Below, piece after piece: positions 27,875 through 39,449 of a stretch of 64,000 nucleotides of DNA. Position numbers and translations under genes: made by a program. The notes beneath the pieces are model-generated. The model saw only the letters and a program-made list of their open reading frames with translations, did not search any database and was not told the DNA's origin. Every line of letters begins with the position of its first letter. Positions within the stretch are counted from its first letter, which is position 1. Source of the stretch: a bacterium (GTDB lineage: Bacteria; UBA10199; 2-02-FULL-50-16; JAJFLM01); contig CBDCFN010000016.1 in the NCBI GenBank assembly GCA_965216315.1, positions 608,001-672,000 of the forward strand. Reading direction: 5' to 3'.

Positions 27875-28937
27875 AATTGATCGTCTCCGCCCATGAGGCG
27901 AGATCATCAGCTGTTATTTGTTCTGTGCCGCCCTGGCCGAGTACCGTCACGGTGTCTCCGATGGCCACATCGGGAATATCTGTTACGTCGACCATCGTCA
28001 AATCCATACAGACACGCCCGGCGATCGGGGCCCGTTGCCCGTGAATGAGGAAAGCGCTTCGGTTGGAGAGGAGGCGTGGATAGCCGTCGGCGTAGCCCAG
28101 AGGAATAACGGCAATACGGCTTTCCCGTTGCGTCGTATAGGTACAGCCATAACTGACCGAGGTGCCTGCCGGGACGGTCTTGAGATCGATGATTCGGCTG
28201 GTCCATTGCAAAGTTGGTTTCAGCGTGACCTGGTCGCGGAGGCTTTCGTCAGGATAGCAGCCGTAGAGAACGATGCCGGCCCTCACCATGTTGTTGTGGG
28301 GGAATAAATTCTTAACAGCGCCGATGCTATTGGCAAAATGCCATAAGGTGATATCTGCATTTTGGGCCTTGATGTCGGTGCATGCCTGGTCCCAGGCCTC
28401 TTTCTGGGTTGCGGTGTAGGCCGGGTCCGAGGCCTCGGCGAGATGGGAGAGTACGCCCTCAACCTTTAAGTGCGTCAGTTGGTTGAGCTCTTCCATGAAG
28501 GTGGAGATCTGAGTTGCCGGGACGCCGAGTCGCGTCATGCCCGTGTCGATTTTAACGTGTACTTTATGGACCAGTCCTTGTTGTTCCAAGTAGTGATTGA
28601 AGGCGCGGGCGGTCTCCAAGTCGTAGATAGTCGGGGTCAGTTGATGGCCGACGAATTGTTCAAAGGCGTCGGCAATCAGACCCAGTAATATAAGGATAGG
28701 ACACTCGATTCCGGCTTCACGCAGGCGCCGCCCCTCCTCGACGTCGCGTACACCAAAAAAATTCGCCTCTTCGATGACGAGGGCCTTGGCGACTTCGACG
28801 AGGCCGTGACCGTAGGCGTTTGATTTGATGACGCAGAGGACGCGTTGGTCCTCGGGGACGATGCGGCGGATCTCGCGGTAGTTGTGGCGGATGGCGCTGA
28901 GATCGATGGTGACTTGAGTTGGGTTAATATCTGTCAT
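27822..28937 (-). CDS. alr: Alanine racemase
   Basis: VIKSNAYGHG, HVKIDTGMTRLG, VSYG, GYADG, GRVCMD, TINYE. Confidence 0.95.
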   Translation of the reverse strand: MTDINPTQVTIDLSAIRHNYREIRRIVPEDQRVLCVIKSNAYGHGLVEVAKALVIEEANFFGVRDVEEGRRLREAGIECPILILLGLIADAFEQFVGHQLTPTIYDLETARAFNHYLEQQGLVHKVHVKIDTGMTRLGVPATQISTFMEELNQLTHLKVEGVLSHLAEASDPAYTATQKEAWDQACTDIKAQNADITLWHFANSIGAVKNLFPHNNMVRAGIVLYGCYPDESLRDQVTLKPTLQWTSRIIDLKTVPAGTSVSYGCTYTTQRESRIAVIPLGYADGYPRLLSNRSAFLIHGQRAPIAGRVCMDLTMVDVTDIPDVAIGDTVTVLGQGGTEQITADDLASWAETINYEIITRIAGRVPRAYKE

Positions 28938-28991
28938 TTTCTCAAATGATTGCATTCTACACCGGGCGCACGCTATGACGGAGCCTATCCA

Positions 28992-29747
28992 ATGTCAAAC
29001 TTAGCTATCACCTATATCGGACACTCCACCACGATCATCCACGTCGATGGCCTCAATATCTATACGGACCCTCATTTCGGCCGGAAGGCCTTGTGGTTGA
29101 AGAGGAAACGGCCCCTGCCGGTCCCGCCTGAGGATCTGCCCGCCCCTGATGCCATCATTATTAGCCATGCCCATTATGATCATCTTGATCTGCACAGCTT
29201 TAAGTACTTCTCATCACGAGTTCCGGTCTTGATCCCTCATGGTTTGTCGCTATTTCTGGGGCGATTTATTCGCAATCCAGTGATTGAGTTGGCTCCGGGC
29301 GCGGACTATCGCTTGAAGGATCGTGTTACGATACGGGCGATACCGGTGCAACACCGAGGGGGCCGCATTTTCGGACTGCGCCTCCGCGAGGCGACGGGTT
29401 ATCTGGTCAAAGGGGTATCGGAAAATGTTTTTTTCCCCGGTGATACGGCCTATCGACCCGATTTTGTCGAGATGAAACGGCATGGACCTTTAGCGGCGGC
29501 GATGTTGCCGATCGGCCCCATTTATCCGAAATGGCTGATGCGACGCCGGCATCTCGATCCTGATCAAGCGATTCGTTTAGGTGAGGAGCTGGCGCCGGCG
29601 ACGCTCATTCCCATTCATTGGGGTCAATTTCATTTGGGTCTCGAAGGCGCGGATACGCCGTTGCATTGGCTGAAAAAGCGCCTGCCCGATTCCTCTGTGG
29701 CCGATCGTTTTGTCATCCTGGAGCCGGGCCAGAAATGGGAGTCGTGA
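28992..29747 (+). CDS. Metallo-beta-lactamase-fold hydrolase (NAPE-PLD/UPF0173-like)
   Basis: YIGHST, TDP, SHAHYDHLD, FPGDTAY, LPIG, IPIHWG. Confidence 0.85.
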   Translation: MSNLAITYIGHSTTIIHVDGLNIYTDPHFGRKALWLKRKRPLPVPPEDLPAPDAIIISHAHYDHLDLHSFKYFSSRVPVLIPHGLSLFLGRFIRNPVIELAPGADYRLKDRVTIRAIPVQHRGGRIFGLRLREATGYLVKGVSENVFFPGDTAYRPDFVEMKRHGPLAAAMLPIGPIYPKWLMRRRHLDPDQAIRLGEELAPATLIPIHWGQFHLGLEGADTPLHWLKKRLPDSSVADRFVILEPGQKWES

Positions 29748-30991
29748 GTTCACCGCAATTAACGTTCTGCCAGCAAAACGCCCTCCGTTTGCTCGAAGAG
29801 AGTATTGAGAATGTATTTCTGACGGGCAGTGCGGGAAGTGGTAAGAGTTTTTTGATTCGGCAATTCCTTAAAGGCAAGGATCGTAAGAGTTTTCCCGTTG
29901 TCGCGAGTACCGGAGCGGCGGCCGTTCTCATCGGTGGACGGACCTTTCATAGCTTTTTTGGGCTTGGCATCATGGCTGGCGGTTATGAGCGCACGGTGAC
30001 GAGCGCTTTGACGAATCGCCGCATTGTCAATCGACTCAAAAAAATCGATGGCTTTGTGCTGGATGAAGTGTCGATGATTCCGGCGCCGGCCTTGCGGGCG
30101 GCGGAAGAAATCTGTCGGCGGGCCCGAGGCGAAGCGGCTCCCTGGGGTGGGGTGCGTGTCATTGCGGTCGGAGACTTTGCTCAATTGCCTCCCGTGCAAA
30201 CGGCAGGCGGGCAGCAAAAGGAATGGGCCTTTCTCGATCCGGTTTGGGAGCAATCGGCCTTGACGCCTGCGATTCTCAAGACGATTGTGCGGACGCCGGA
30301 TGAGGAGTACATCCGTATTCTTAATCGGATCCGGGAGGGTATTGTCGATGATGAGGTCGAAGCCTATCTCAACCGCAAAGTCGACTGCGATGCCGTTGAT
30401 TCTTCGCAGACCCATCTCTTTGCCCGACGCCATGCGGCCGAAAAATTTAATCGCGAACGCGTCGAAGCCATTTCTCATCCGCTGGTCGAAGTGCCGACAA
30501 ATTACAGCGGACGCGCGGATGCGATCGAACGCATCAAAAAAGTCGCGCCCATTCCCGACGTTCTGCACATCAAGCTCACTTCGTTAGTGATGCTCCGTTA
30601 TAATGACCCTAAGTGGCGTTTTGTAAACGGGACGGTGGGGACGGTAGAGGATATTGCGGATGACGAGTTGGTTTTGTCGCTCAAGAACGGCCGTGTCGTT
30701 GAAATTCCCAAGATGACTTTTACCCTCTTGGATGGCGAAGGGAAGCCCTTGGCGTCGGCAGAAAATTTCCCGGTCACTTTGGCCTATGCGACGACGATTC
30801 ATAAGGCCCAGGGCGCGACGCTCGAGTCACTCGTCGTGAAACTCAGCGGGCTCTGGGATCCGGGTCAGGCCTATGTGGCCTTGAGTCGTCTGCGCAGCGG
30901 CGCGGACTTGACGCTGACGGGGTGGGATCATCGGTCTATTTCAGTGGATCCTGAGGTGGTGCGCTTTCATCAAGGGCTGGAGCGCGATTGA
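29744..30991 (+). CDS. Pif1-family (SF1B) DNA helicase
   Basis: FLTGSAGSGKS, ASTGAAA, TFHSFFG, DEVSM, GDFAQLPPV, NGTVG, LAYATTIHKAQG, GQAYVALSR. Confidence 0.9.
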   Translation: MSSPQLTFCQQNALRLLEESIENVFLTGSAGSGKSFLIRQFLKGKDRKSFPVVASTGAAAVLIGGRTFHSFFGLGIMAGGYERTVTSALTNRRIVNRLKKIDGFVLDEVSMIPAPALRAAEEICRRARGEAAPWGGVRVIAVGDFAQLPPVQTAGGQQKEWAFLDPVWEQSALTPAILKTIVRTPDEEYIRILNRIREGIVDDEVEAYLNRKVDCDAVDSSQTHLFARRHAAEKFNRERVEAISHPLVEVPTNYSGRADAIERIKKVAPIPDVLHIKLTSLVMLRYNDPKWRFVNGTVGTVEDIADDELVLSLKNGRVVEIPKMTFTLLDGEGKPLASAENFPVTLAYATTIHKAQGATLESLVVKLSGLWDPGQAYVALSRLRSGADLTLTGWDHRSISVDPEVVRFHQGLERD

Positions 30992-31033
30992 CACGGCAGG
31001 GGGACGCTGCTAATGACGTGAGACATAATAACA

Positions 31034-31109
31034 GCTAGGGGCGGTGGAGTTGTTCTGCCTGAGATGTCACCCTAAGAACCTGATCCAGGTAATGCTGGCG
31101 AAGGGAAGC
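31034..31109 (+). ncRNA. TPP riboswitch (THI element)
   Basis: GCTAGGGG...CTGAGA...ACCC...GAACCTGATCCAGGTAATGCTGGCGAAGGGAAGC immediately before thiS; the 3' strand overlaps the RBS region. Confidence 0.93.
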
Positions 31110-31112
31110 ACG

Positions 31113-31313
31113 ATGAAAATTTTCCTTAATGGCGAGTCCCGAGAAGTGGGAGACGCCCTCAATCTTGCCGAAATCCTAGTCGAACTCAATCTGGCGAACC
31201 GAGCCTTAGCGATCGCCGTCAATCAAGAGATCATTCCGCGTTCCAAATATGCTTCGACTGTCTTGCAAAGCGAAGATCAAGTTGAATTGGTGCAGGCTGT
31301 GGGGGGAGGGTGA
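31113..31313 (+). CDS. thiS: Sulfur carrier protein ThiS
   Basis: 66 aa, IFLNGE...AVNQEII...C-terminal VGGG. Confidence 0.93.
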   Translation: MKIFLNGESREVGDALNLAEILVELNLANRALAIAVNQEIIPRSKYASTVLQSEDQVELVQAVGGG

Positions 31314-32070
31314 TGCTTCAAATCGGGAATAGAGAATTCTCAAGCCGCCTCATGCTCGGTACCGGTAAGTTTGCCTCCATTGAATTATTAAGCCAGTCGA
31401 TACAGGCATCGGAGACGCAGATCGTTACGGTGGCTTTGCGTCGCGTTGATCTGGAGCAGAAGCAGGAAGATATACTGTCCGTGATCGATCGTGACAAGAT
31501 TCAACTCTTGCCGAATACATCCGGCGCGCGCACGGCTCAAGAAGCTGTGCTGTTGGCGAAACTGGCGCGCGAGGCGGGCTTGGGTGATTGGGTCAAAATC
31601 GAAGTCATTCCGGATTCCCGCTATTTATTGCCGGATGGACATGAAACGTTAAAGGCTGCCGAGGCCCTTGTCAAAGACGGCTTTGTTGTCCTGCCTTATA
31701 TTCAAGCGGACCCCGTGCTCGCCAAGCAACTGGCTGATGTGGGGACGGCAACCGTCATGCCGCTTGCGGCTCCGATTGGTTCGAATCAAGGTCTGAAGAC
31801 ACGACAGGCGATCGAAATTATTATTGAACAAAGTGAGGTCCCCGTAGTGGTCGATGCAGGGATCGGCGTGCCCTCGCATGCGTGTGAAGCGATGGAATTA
31901 GGGGCGGATGCCGTGCTTGTGAATACCGCGATCGCGACGGCGCAAGATCCAGTTGCCATGGCACAGGCCTTTGCGAAAGGCGTTGCGGCGGGGCGTGGAG
32001 CCTACGAGGCCGGGCAGGCGATGGCGCGTAAGGATGCGGAGGCGTCGAGTCCGTTAACGGGATTTTTAAA

Positions 32071-32080
<10 letters not shown>
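31313..32080 (+). CDS. thiG: Thiazole synthase
   Basis: [47 protein letters not shown]. Confidence 0.96.
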
Positions 32081-34678
<2,598 letters not shown>

Positions 34679-34743
34679 TATCCCCTTGCCTTTTATCCAT
34701 GAGGAGCGTACTGCTGAGGACCGTTTGTTCGTGAGGGAGCAGC

Positions 34744-35793
34744 ATGGCCACCCGTCGAAGCACAACACGCAAGTCAACGAAATCATTAAAGAAAAAAGCA
34801 TCGTCCCCGTCTAAGCCTGTGGTGGCCTTGACCGGAGTGACGGGATTCTTGGGGGGCTCCCTCCTACAGCTCCTGGAAGCCGACTCCCGTTATGAACGCA
34901 TCATCGCTATCGACCGACGTAAGCCCCGGTTCCCACTCAAGAAAAGTAAATTTTATCGAGTTAATTTAACGGAGACGCTGGCGGATTCGAAGATCGCGGA
35001 GATTTTCAAGAAAGAAGGGGTGACGATTGTTGTGCACGCGGCCTTTCCGGTGACGCCGCTGCATAATAATACTTTGGCCCATGAAATTCAGTCGGTGGGG
35101 ACAATGTATCTCCTTAACGCCTGTGTCGCCCAGCGAATCGACAAATTGATTCTTGCTTCGACGACGGATGTTTATGGGGCGCTTCCATCAAACCCCAATT
35201 ATCTTTCAGAAGATCATCCGCCCCGCGGGGGACGCAAAAGCTCGTTTATTCGCGATAAGATTGATGCAGAGAATCAAGTCATGCGCTTCAGTAAAAACAA
35301 TCCTGCAACCGTTGTTTCTATATTGCGACCGTGTACGATCTTAGGTCCTAAGGTCCGAAATTTCAAAACAACCTTTCTGAAAAGACGTGCTGTTTTTACT
35401 GTCATGGGATTCGATCCGTTGATGCAGTTTGTTCATGAAGAGGACGTGATGTGTGCTTTGTTGAAAGTGCTGAATGAAAATCATCCGGGTATTTTTAATA
35501 TTGTGGGCCCTGGAGTCCTTCCGTTGTCTCAAATACTTTATCTGAGCGGAAAGCTCGGCGTGCCGGTTCCGTCGCCGATGCTTTATCCTATCGCACAATT
35601 AATGTGGTATACGGATATTTTTCCAGCCCCCGCGAGTCATCTTGATTTCCTTAAATATCTTTGTGTTGCCGACGGAAGTAAGGCCAAAGAGGAAATGGGT
35701 TTCGTAGCTAAATACAGTTCTACGGAGGCGTTACTCGCTTTTATTGGAGCGGAACGATTGCGTCGTGTGCATTTACTGGAGGAACAGGCCTGA
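34744..35793 (+). CDS. NAD-dependent epimerase/dehydratase family protein
   Basis: TGVTGFLGG Rossmann motif, STTDVYGALP.NP, GFDPLMQFVHEED. Confidence 0.85.
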   Translation: MATRRSTTRKSTKSLKKKASSPSKPVVALTGVTGFLGGSLLQLLEADSRYERIIAIDRRKPRFPLKKSKFYRVNLTETLADSKIAEIFKKEGVTIVVHAAFPVTPLHNNTLAHEIQSVGTMYLLNACVAQRIDKLILASTTDVYGALPSNPNYLSEDHPPRGGRKSSFIRDKIDAENQVMRFSKNNPATVVSILRPCTILGPKVRNFKTTFLKRRAVFTVMGFDPLMQFVHEEDVMCALLKVLNENHPGIFNIVGPGVLPLSQILYLSGKLGVPVPSPMLYPIAQLMWYTDIFPAPASHLDFLKYLCVADGSKAKEEMGFVAKYSSTEALLAFIGAERLRRVHLLEEQA

Positions 35794-36977
35794 TGGGTGA
35801 CAAATCGCAAGATAAGAAAATATTTCAGCTCTTGGTTGGCGATGAGGATGCGGCGACGTCAACGGAGAGAGAGCGGTCGTTGGAGAGTCTGGCGCTACGA
35901 CTTGAATCGCGTATTGCGGACCTGGAAGGCCAATTAAGCCGTCTCCGCGAAGGCCTGTCAGACCAAAACGAGCTTCTCCAAAAGTCATCACGGCGAGGGT
36001 CGGAGGTTCATCGTCTGGCTAAGATCTTGGAGAGCAAAATTTTAAGGTATGCAGAAGAATTTTCACCTACCAAGCAGGGAAACGAAAGTCGAAGTACTCA
36101 TTTTATCTATGAACAAATAAAAAAGTTTGCAAATGCGATGTCTGTGGAAGGAATCGGTCAGTTACTCATTTCAATGTGGTATGTTGGACGCCCCCACCCT
36201 ACAGAAGTCGATGACTTTGGTATGGATCGCGAGTTTGCGCTGCGTGTAAAGCCATTTTTCGATTTTCTTTATTATAGCTACTGGCGTGTTTCCGTGAAAG
36301 GAATCCTGAATATTCCGGATGAAGGCCGTGCTTTGGTTGTCTCCAATCACTCGGGAACTTTGCCGTATGATGGTTCGATGATCAAGCTAGCTGCAGAGAA
36401 TGACCATCCGTCACGCCCGGATATGCGCTGGTTGGTCGAGGACTTTGTCTATCACTTTCCATTTATGGGAACCTTTATGTATCGAACCGGAGGGGTGCGC
36501 GCCTGCCCCGAAAATGCAGTAAGACTTTTAGAAACAGATCACGTCGTGACGGTGTTTCCTGAAGGTGTCAAAGGGATAGGCAAGTTATATAAGCATCGTT
36601 ATCATCTGCAACGTTTTGGGCGCGGTGGCTTTGTGCGTCTTGCCCTTCGTACCGGCTCGCCGATTATTCCGACCGCCGTTATTGGTGCCGAGGAAATTCA
36701 CCCGTTGCTGCATAAATCGACTTTTATGGCGAAGCCTTTGGGGATTCCCTATATCCCCATTACACCGACTTTTCCGGCTTTAGGTTTATTCGGCCTTATT
36801 CCTTTGCCGACTAAGTGGACGATCATGTTTGGAAAGCCAATTTCCTGGCCACAATATGGGCCCAAGCATGCGGAAGACCGCTTGCTCGTCAATCGTCTCT
36901 CGGAAGAGGTCCGTACGAAGATTCAGGAGATGATTTTTGAAGGATTGGCGGCGCGGCGGTCGATATGGTTCGGTTAG
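35793..36977 (+). CDS. Lysophospholipid acyltransferase family protein
   Basis: VSNHSGTLPYD (HX4-5D-type), VFPEG, RFGRGGF, PTAVIGAEE. Confidence 0.87.
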   Translation: MGDKSQDKKIFQLLVGDEDAATSTERERSLESLALRLESRIADLEGQLSRLREGLSDQNELLQKSSRRGSEVHRLAKILESKILRYAEEFSPTKQGNESRSTHFIYEQIKKFANAMSVEGIGQLLISMWYVGRPHPTEVDDFGMDREFALRVKPFFDFLYYSYWRVSVKGILNIPDEGRALVVSNHSGTLPYDGSMIKLAAENDHPSRPDMRWLVEDFVYHFPFMGTFMYRTGGVRACPENAVRLLETDHVVTVFPEGVKGIGKLYKHRYHLQRFGRGGFVRLALRTGSPIIPTAVIGAEEIHPLLHKSTFMAKPLGIPYIPITPTFPALGLFGLIPLPTKWTIMFGKPISWPQYGPKHAEDRLLVNRLSEEVRTKIQEMIFEGLAARRSIWFG

Positions 36978-36983
36978 GGCAGG

Positions 36984-38363
36984 TTAGATTATAAAGCGGC
37001 TATTTTTTGACGTATTTTCGATTTCCCTTAATTCTTTTTCGTATCCGGCGAGGCCTAATAAAGCCTTAATATACTTCTTAATCGATTCGACAGCTGGCTG
37101 ATCAAACGGATTGATATTGTAAATCTCTCCAGTCACAACTGTTTCAAGCTCTGCCATATAGAAGAGTTGTCCCAGGGTGTAGGCATCATGGTGAGGTAAT
37201 CGAATAGTCATGCTGGGGACGCCATGCCTTTTTAAGGCCTGTTCGGTAGCCCGATATTCAATGTCCAAGAGTTCTTTCACGCTCCTGCCGGCAAGCTCGT
37301 TCAATTCAGGATATTGTGCATAACTTTCAGGGATTTTATGATGGGTCTTTTCTTCAAGGGTAAAGAAAGTGACTGTTTTATCGCGTGGACCTTCCAAGTA
37401 TAATTGCAGCTGGCTATGCTGATCCGTTGCGCCCATGACGCGTACTGGGGTTGTTCCGGCAAAGATTTCCGTTCCGGATAGATTATGCCTTTTGCCCAGA
37501 CTTTCGGCCCAAAGTTGGGCGAACCACTCCGTATAAGCCTCTAAAGACTCGGCGTAGGGCATGAGCGTCCGGATGGACTTATCCTTCTGGGTGGCCGCTA
37601 AGTAAGAGAGAATTCCTGATATGTAAGGTGGGTTGACCCATAAGTCTGACTGTCGGGCACGTTCATCCAAGGCGCGAGCCCCCGCGAGCAGGGCCGCGAT
37701 GTCAATTCCCGTGCAAGCAGCGGGGAAAAGCCCGACTGCCGTTAATACGGAAAAGCGGCCGCCGATGCCGGGAGGAATTTCAAAGCTGAGGAGACCTTCG
37801 GAAGCCGCAATATCCCGTAGGGGGCCTGCCTCCGGGTCCGTGATGATGGCAAGATTTTCCTTGTAGGCGGATTTGCCTAAGTGTTCGATTAACTTGTCAC
37901 GAAAATAGGCGAACGAAGCCAAGGTTTCGACGGTGGCTCCCGACTTACTGATCACAATAAAAAAAGTTTCCTTAAGTGTCAGGCGATCTTCAATTTGCTG
38001 CCAGCTGAAAGGGTCGATATTGTCGATAACGGAGAGTCGAGGCGATCCATTCGTGTTCTGAATAAATTGATGGGCGCAGGCAGGTCCGAGTCCCGACCCA
38101 CCGATGCCGAGCACGACGACGTCGCTAAAGGCATCGCGGACATTTTTTCCTCGTGCGGCTATTTCTTCGGCGGTGTCATCTTGGTAGGGCAAGTCTTGAA
38201 AGGGGAGTTGGCCGAGGCGGCGTAAGTCTTTGAGGGCGGTTTGGACCTCTTGAGCAACGGGAAATAGTGCCTCGATATCTTTAAGGGTAAGGCCCTGATC
38301 GGAGTCAAGCTGGTCCGCAAGCATGTAGTTGAAGTCGAGCTGAATTTCGGCATGACGTGTCAT
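36984..38363 (-). CDS. pgi: Glucose-6-phosphate isomerase
   Basis: LGIGGS, SKSGATVET, GGRFSVL, QLWAESLGK, DQHSQLQ, NPFDQPAVE. Start uncertain. Confidence 0.93.
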   Translation of the reverse strand: MTRHAEIQLDFNYMLADQLDSDQGLTLKDIEALFPVAQEVQTALKDLRRLGQLPFQDLPYQDDTAEEIAARGKNVRDAFSDVVVLGIGGSGLGPACAHQFIQNTNGSPRLSVIDNIDPFSWQQIEDRLTLKETFFIVISKSGATVETLASFAYFRDKLIEHLGKSAYKENLAIITDPEAGPLRDIAASEGLLSFEIPPGIGGRFSVLTAVGLFPAACTGIDIAALLAGARALDERARQSDLWVNPPYISGILSYLAATQKDKSIRTLMPYAESLEAYTEWFAQLWAESLGKRHNLSGTEIFAGTTPVRVMGATDQHSQLQLYLEGPRDKTVTFFTLEEKTHHKIPESYAQYPELNELAGRSVKELLDIEYRATEQALKRHGVPSMTIRLPHHDAYTLGQLFYMAELETVVTGEIYNINPFDQPAVESIKKYIKALLGLAGYEKELREIENTSKNSRFII

Positions 38364-38501
38364 TGCTTGCATCCTACGAGAAATTCTCGCTTGATTCAAG
38401 AAAAGCGTGTATTAAGAAATTTCGGAGTATGAGTGTCAAGCTGGAGCTGTGCTTCGGCGCGAAACAAAATCGCAATGTAATGAAGATTTTGTGGAGTATG
38501 A

Positions 38502-39449
38502 ATGTCGACAGGGATCGTTTGGGACAAAATTTTTCTTGAGCATGATACGGGCCCCTATCATCCGGAACGAGCGGCGCGTTTGAATGCGATTTGGGATCGA
38601 CTGAACGAATCAACTCTCATTCAGCAGGTCGAGACGATTGCACCGCGTCCCGCAACGCACGAAGAGATCGCCCTGATTCATAGTCTGGATCATATCCGCG
38701 AAATAGAAAATACGAGCGGAATGACGCTGCATCTCGATCCCGATACGGTGGCTTCACCTCAGAGCTATCAAGCGGCACGAATGGCGGCAGGTGGTTTGTT
38801 AGAGTGTGTGGATCGTGTTGTGGGGCCCTCTGATATGAACAATGCTTTTGCCCTGGTGCGTCCTCCCGGCCATCACGCGGAAGCCGAACGCGCCATGGGA
38901 TTTTGTCTATTTAATAATGTTGCCATCGCTGCGGAATATGCGCGCAAACAGCATGGTTTGCAGCGAATCCTGATATTGGATTACGATGTTCATCACGGCA
39001 ATGGAACGCAATGGGCTTTTTATGAGCGCCCGGACATTTTTTATTGTTCAATTCATCGCTACCCATTTTACCCGGGGACGGGCGCAGCGAGTGAAGAGGG
39101 TAAAGGGAAAGGTCGCGGCTATACATTGAATGTTCCCATGGATGGTGGAGAAGGGGACCTTGAGTATGAGACGGTTTATGAAAAGACAGTGTTGCCCATC
39201 GCACGTGATTTTGATCCGGACCTCATCCTTTTGTCAGCTGGCTACGATGCTCATTTGCAGGATCCGTTGGGCGGGATGAATGTGAGCGCAGAGGGTTTCA
39301 GGCGGATGACAGAAGGTTTGCTCAAAGTTGCTGCTGAAAAATGCGAGGGACGCCTGGTGGCAGTGCTTGAAGGTGGTTATGACTTGCAAGGGTTGGCTGA
39401 GAGTGTTGAGGCAACTTTGAAGGAAATGATAGCTTATAAAGGTTGCTGA
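38502..39449 (+). CDS. Zn-dependent histone deacetylase-family (lysine/polyamine deacylase) protein
   Basis: HPERAARL, RPPGHHA, MGFCLFNN, DYDVHHGNGTQ, SAGYDAH, LEGGY. Confidence 0.93.
   Translation: MSTGIVWDKIFLEHDTGPYHPERAARLNAIWDRLNESTLIQQVETIAPRPATHEEIALIHSLDHIREIENTSGMTLHLDPDTVASPQSYQAARMAAGGLLECVDRVVGPSDMNNAFALVRPPGHHAEAERAMGFCLFNNVAIAAEYARKQHGLQRILILDYDVHHGNGTQWAFYERPDIFYCSIHRYPFYPGTGAASEEGKGKGRGYTLNVPMDGGEGDLEYETVYEKTVLPIARDFDPDLILLSAGYDAHLQDPLGGMNVSAEGFRRMTEGLLKVAAEKCEGRLVAVLEGGYDLQGLAESVEATLKEMIAYKGC

Noticed and set aside
13427..30568. Long alternative-frame or antisense ORFs (e.g. 13427-14113, 18075-18773, 21279-22151, 29759-30568)
   Set aside because: They lie entirely within well-supported genes and show no recognisable motifs, so they are treated as shadow ORFs.
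29744..30991. Pif1 helicase as a sign of eukaryotic or transposon DNA
   Set aside because: Bacterial Pif1-family helicases are known; this one is coupled to an ordinary bacterial gene and has no Rep/HUH domain.
31044..31112. N-terminal extension of thiS in the ORF track
   Set aside because: This stretch is the TPP riboswitch; thiS starts at 31113.
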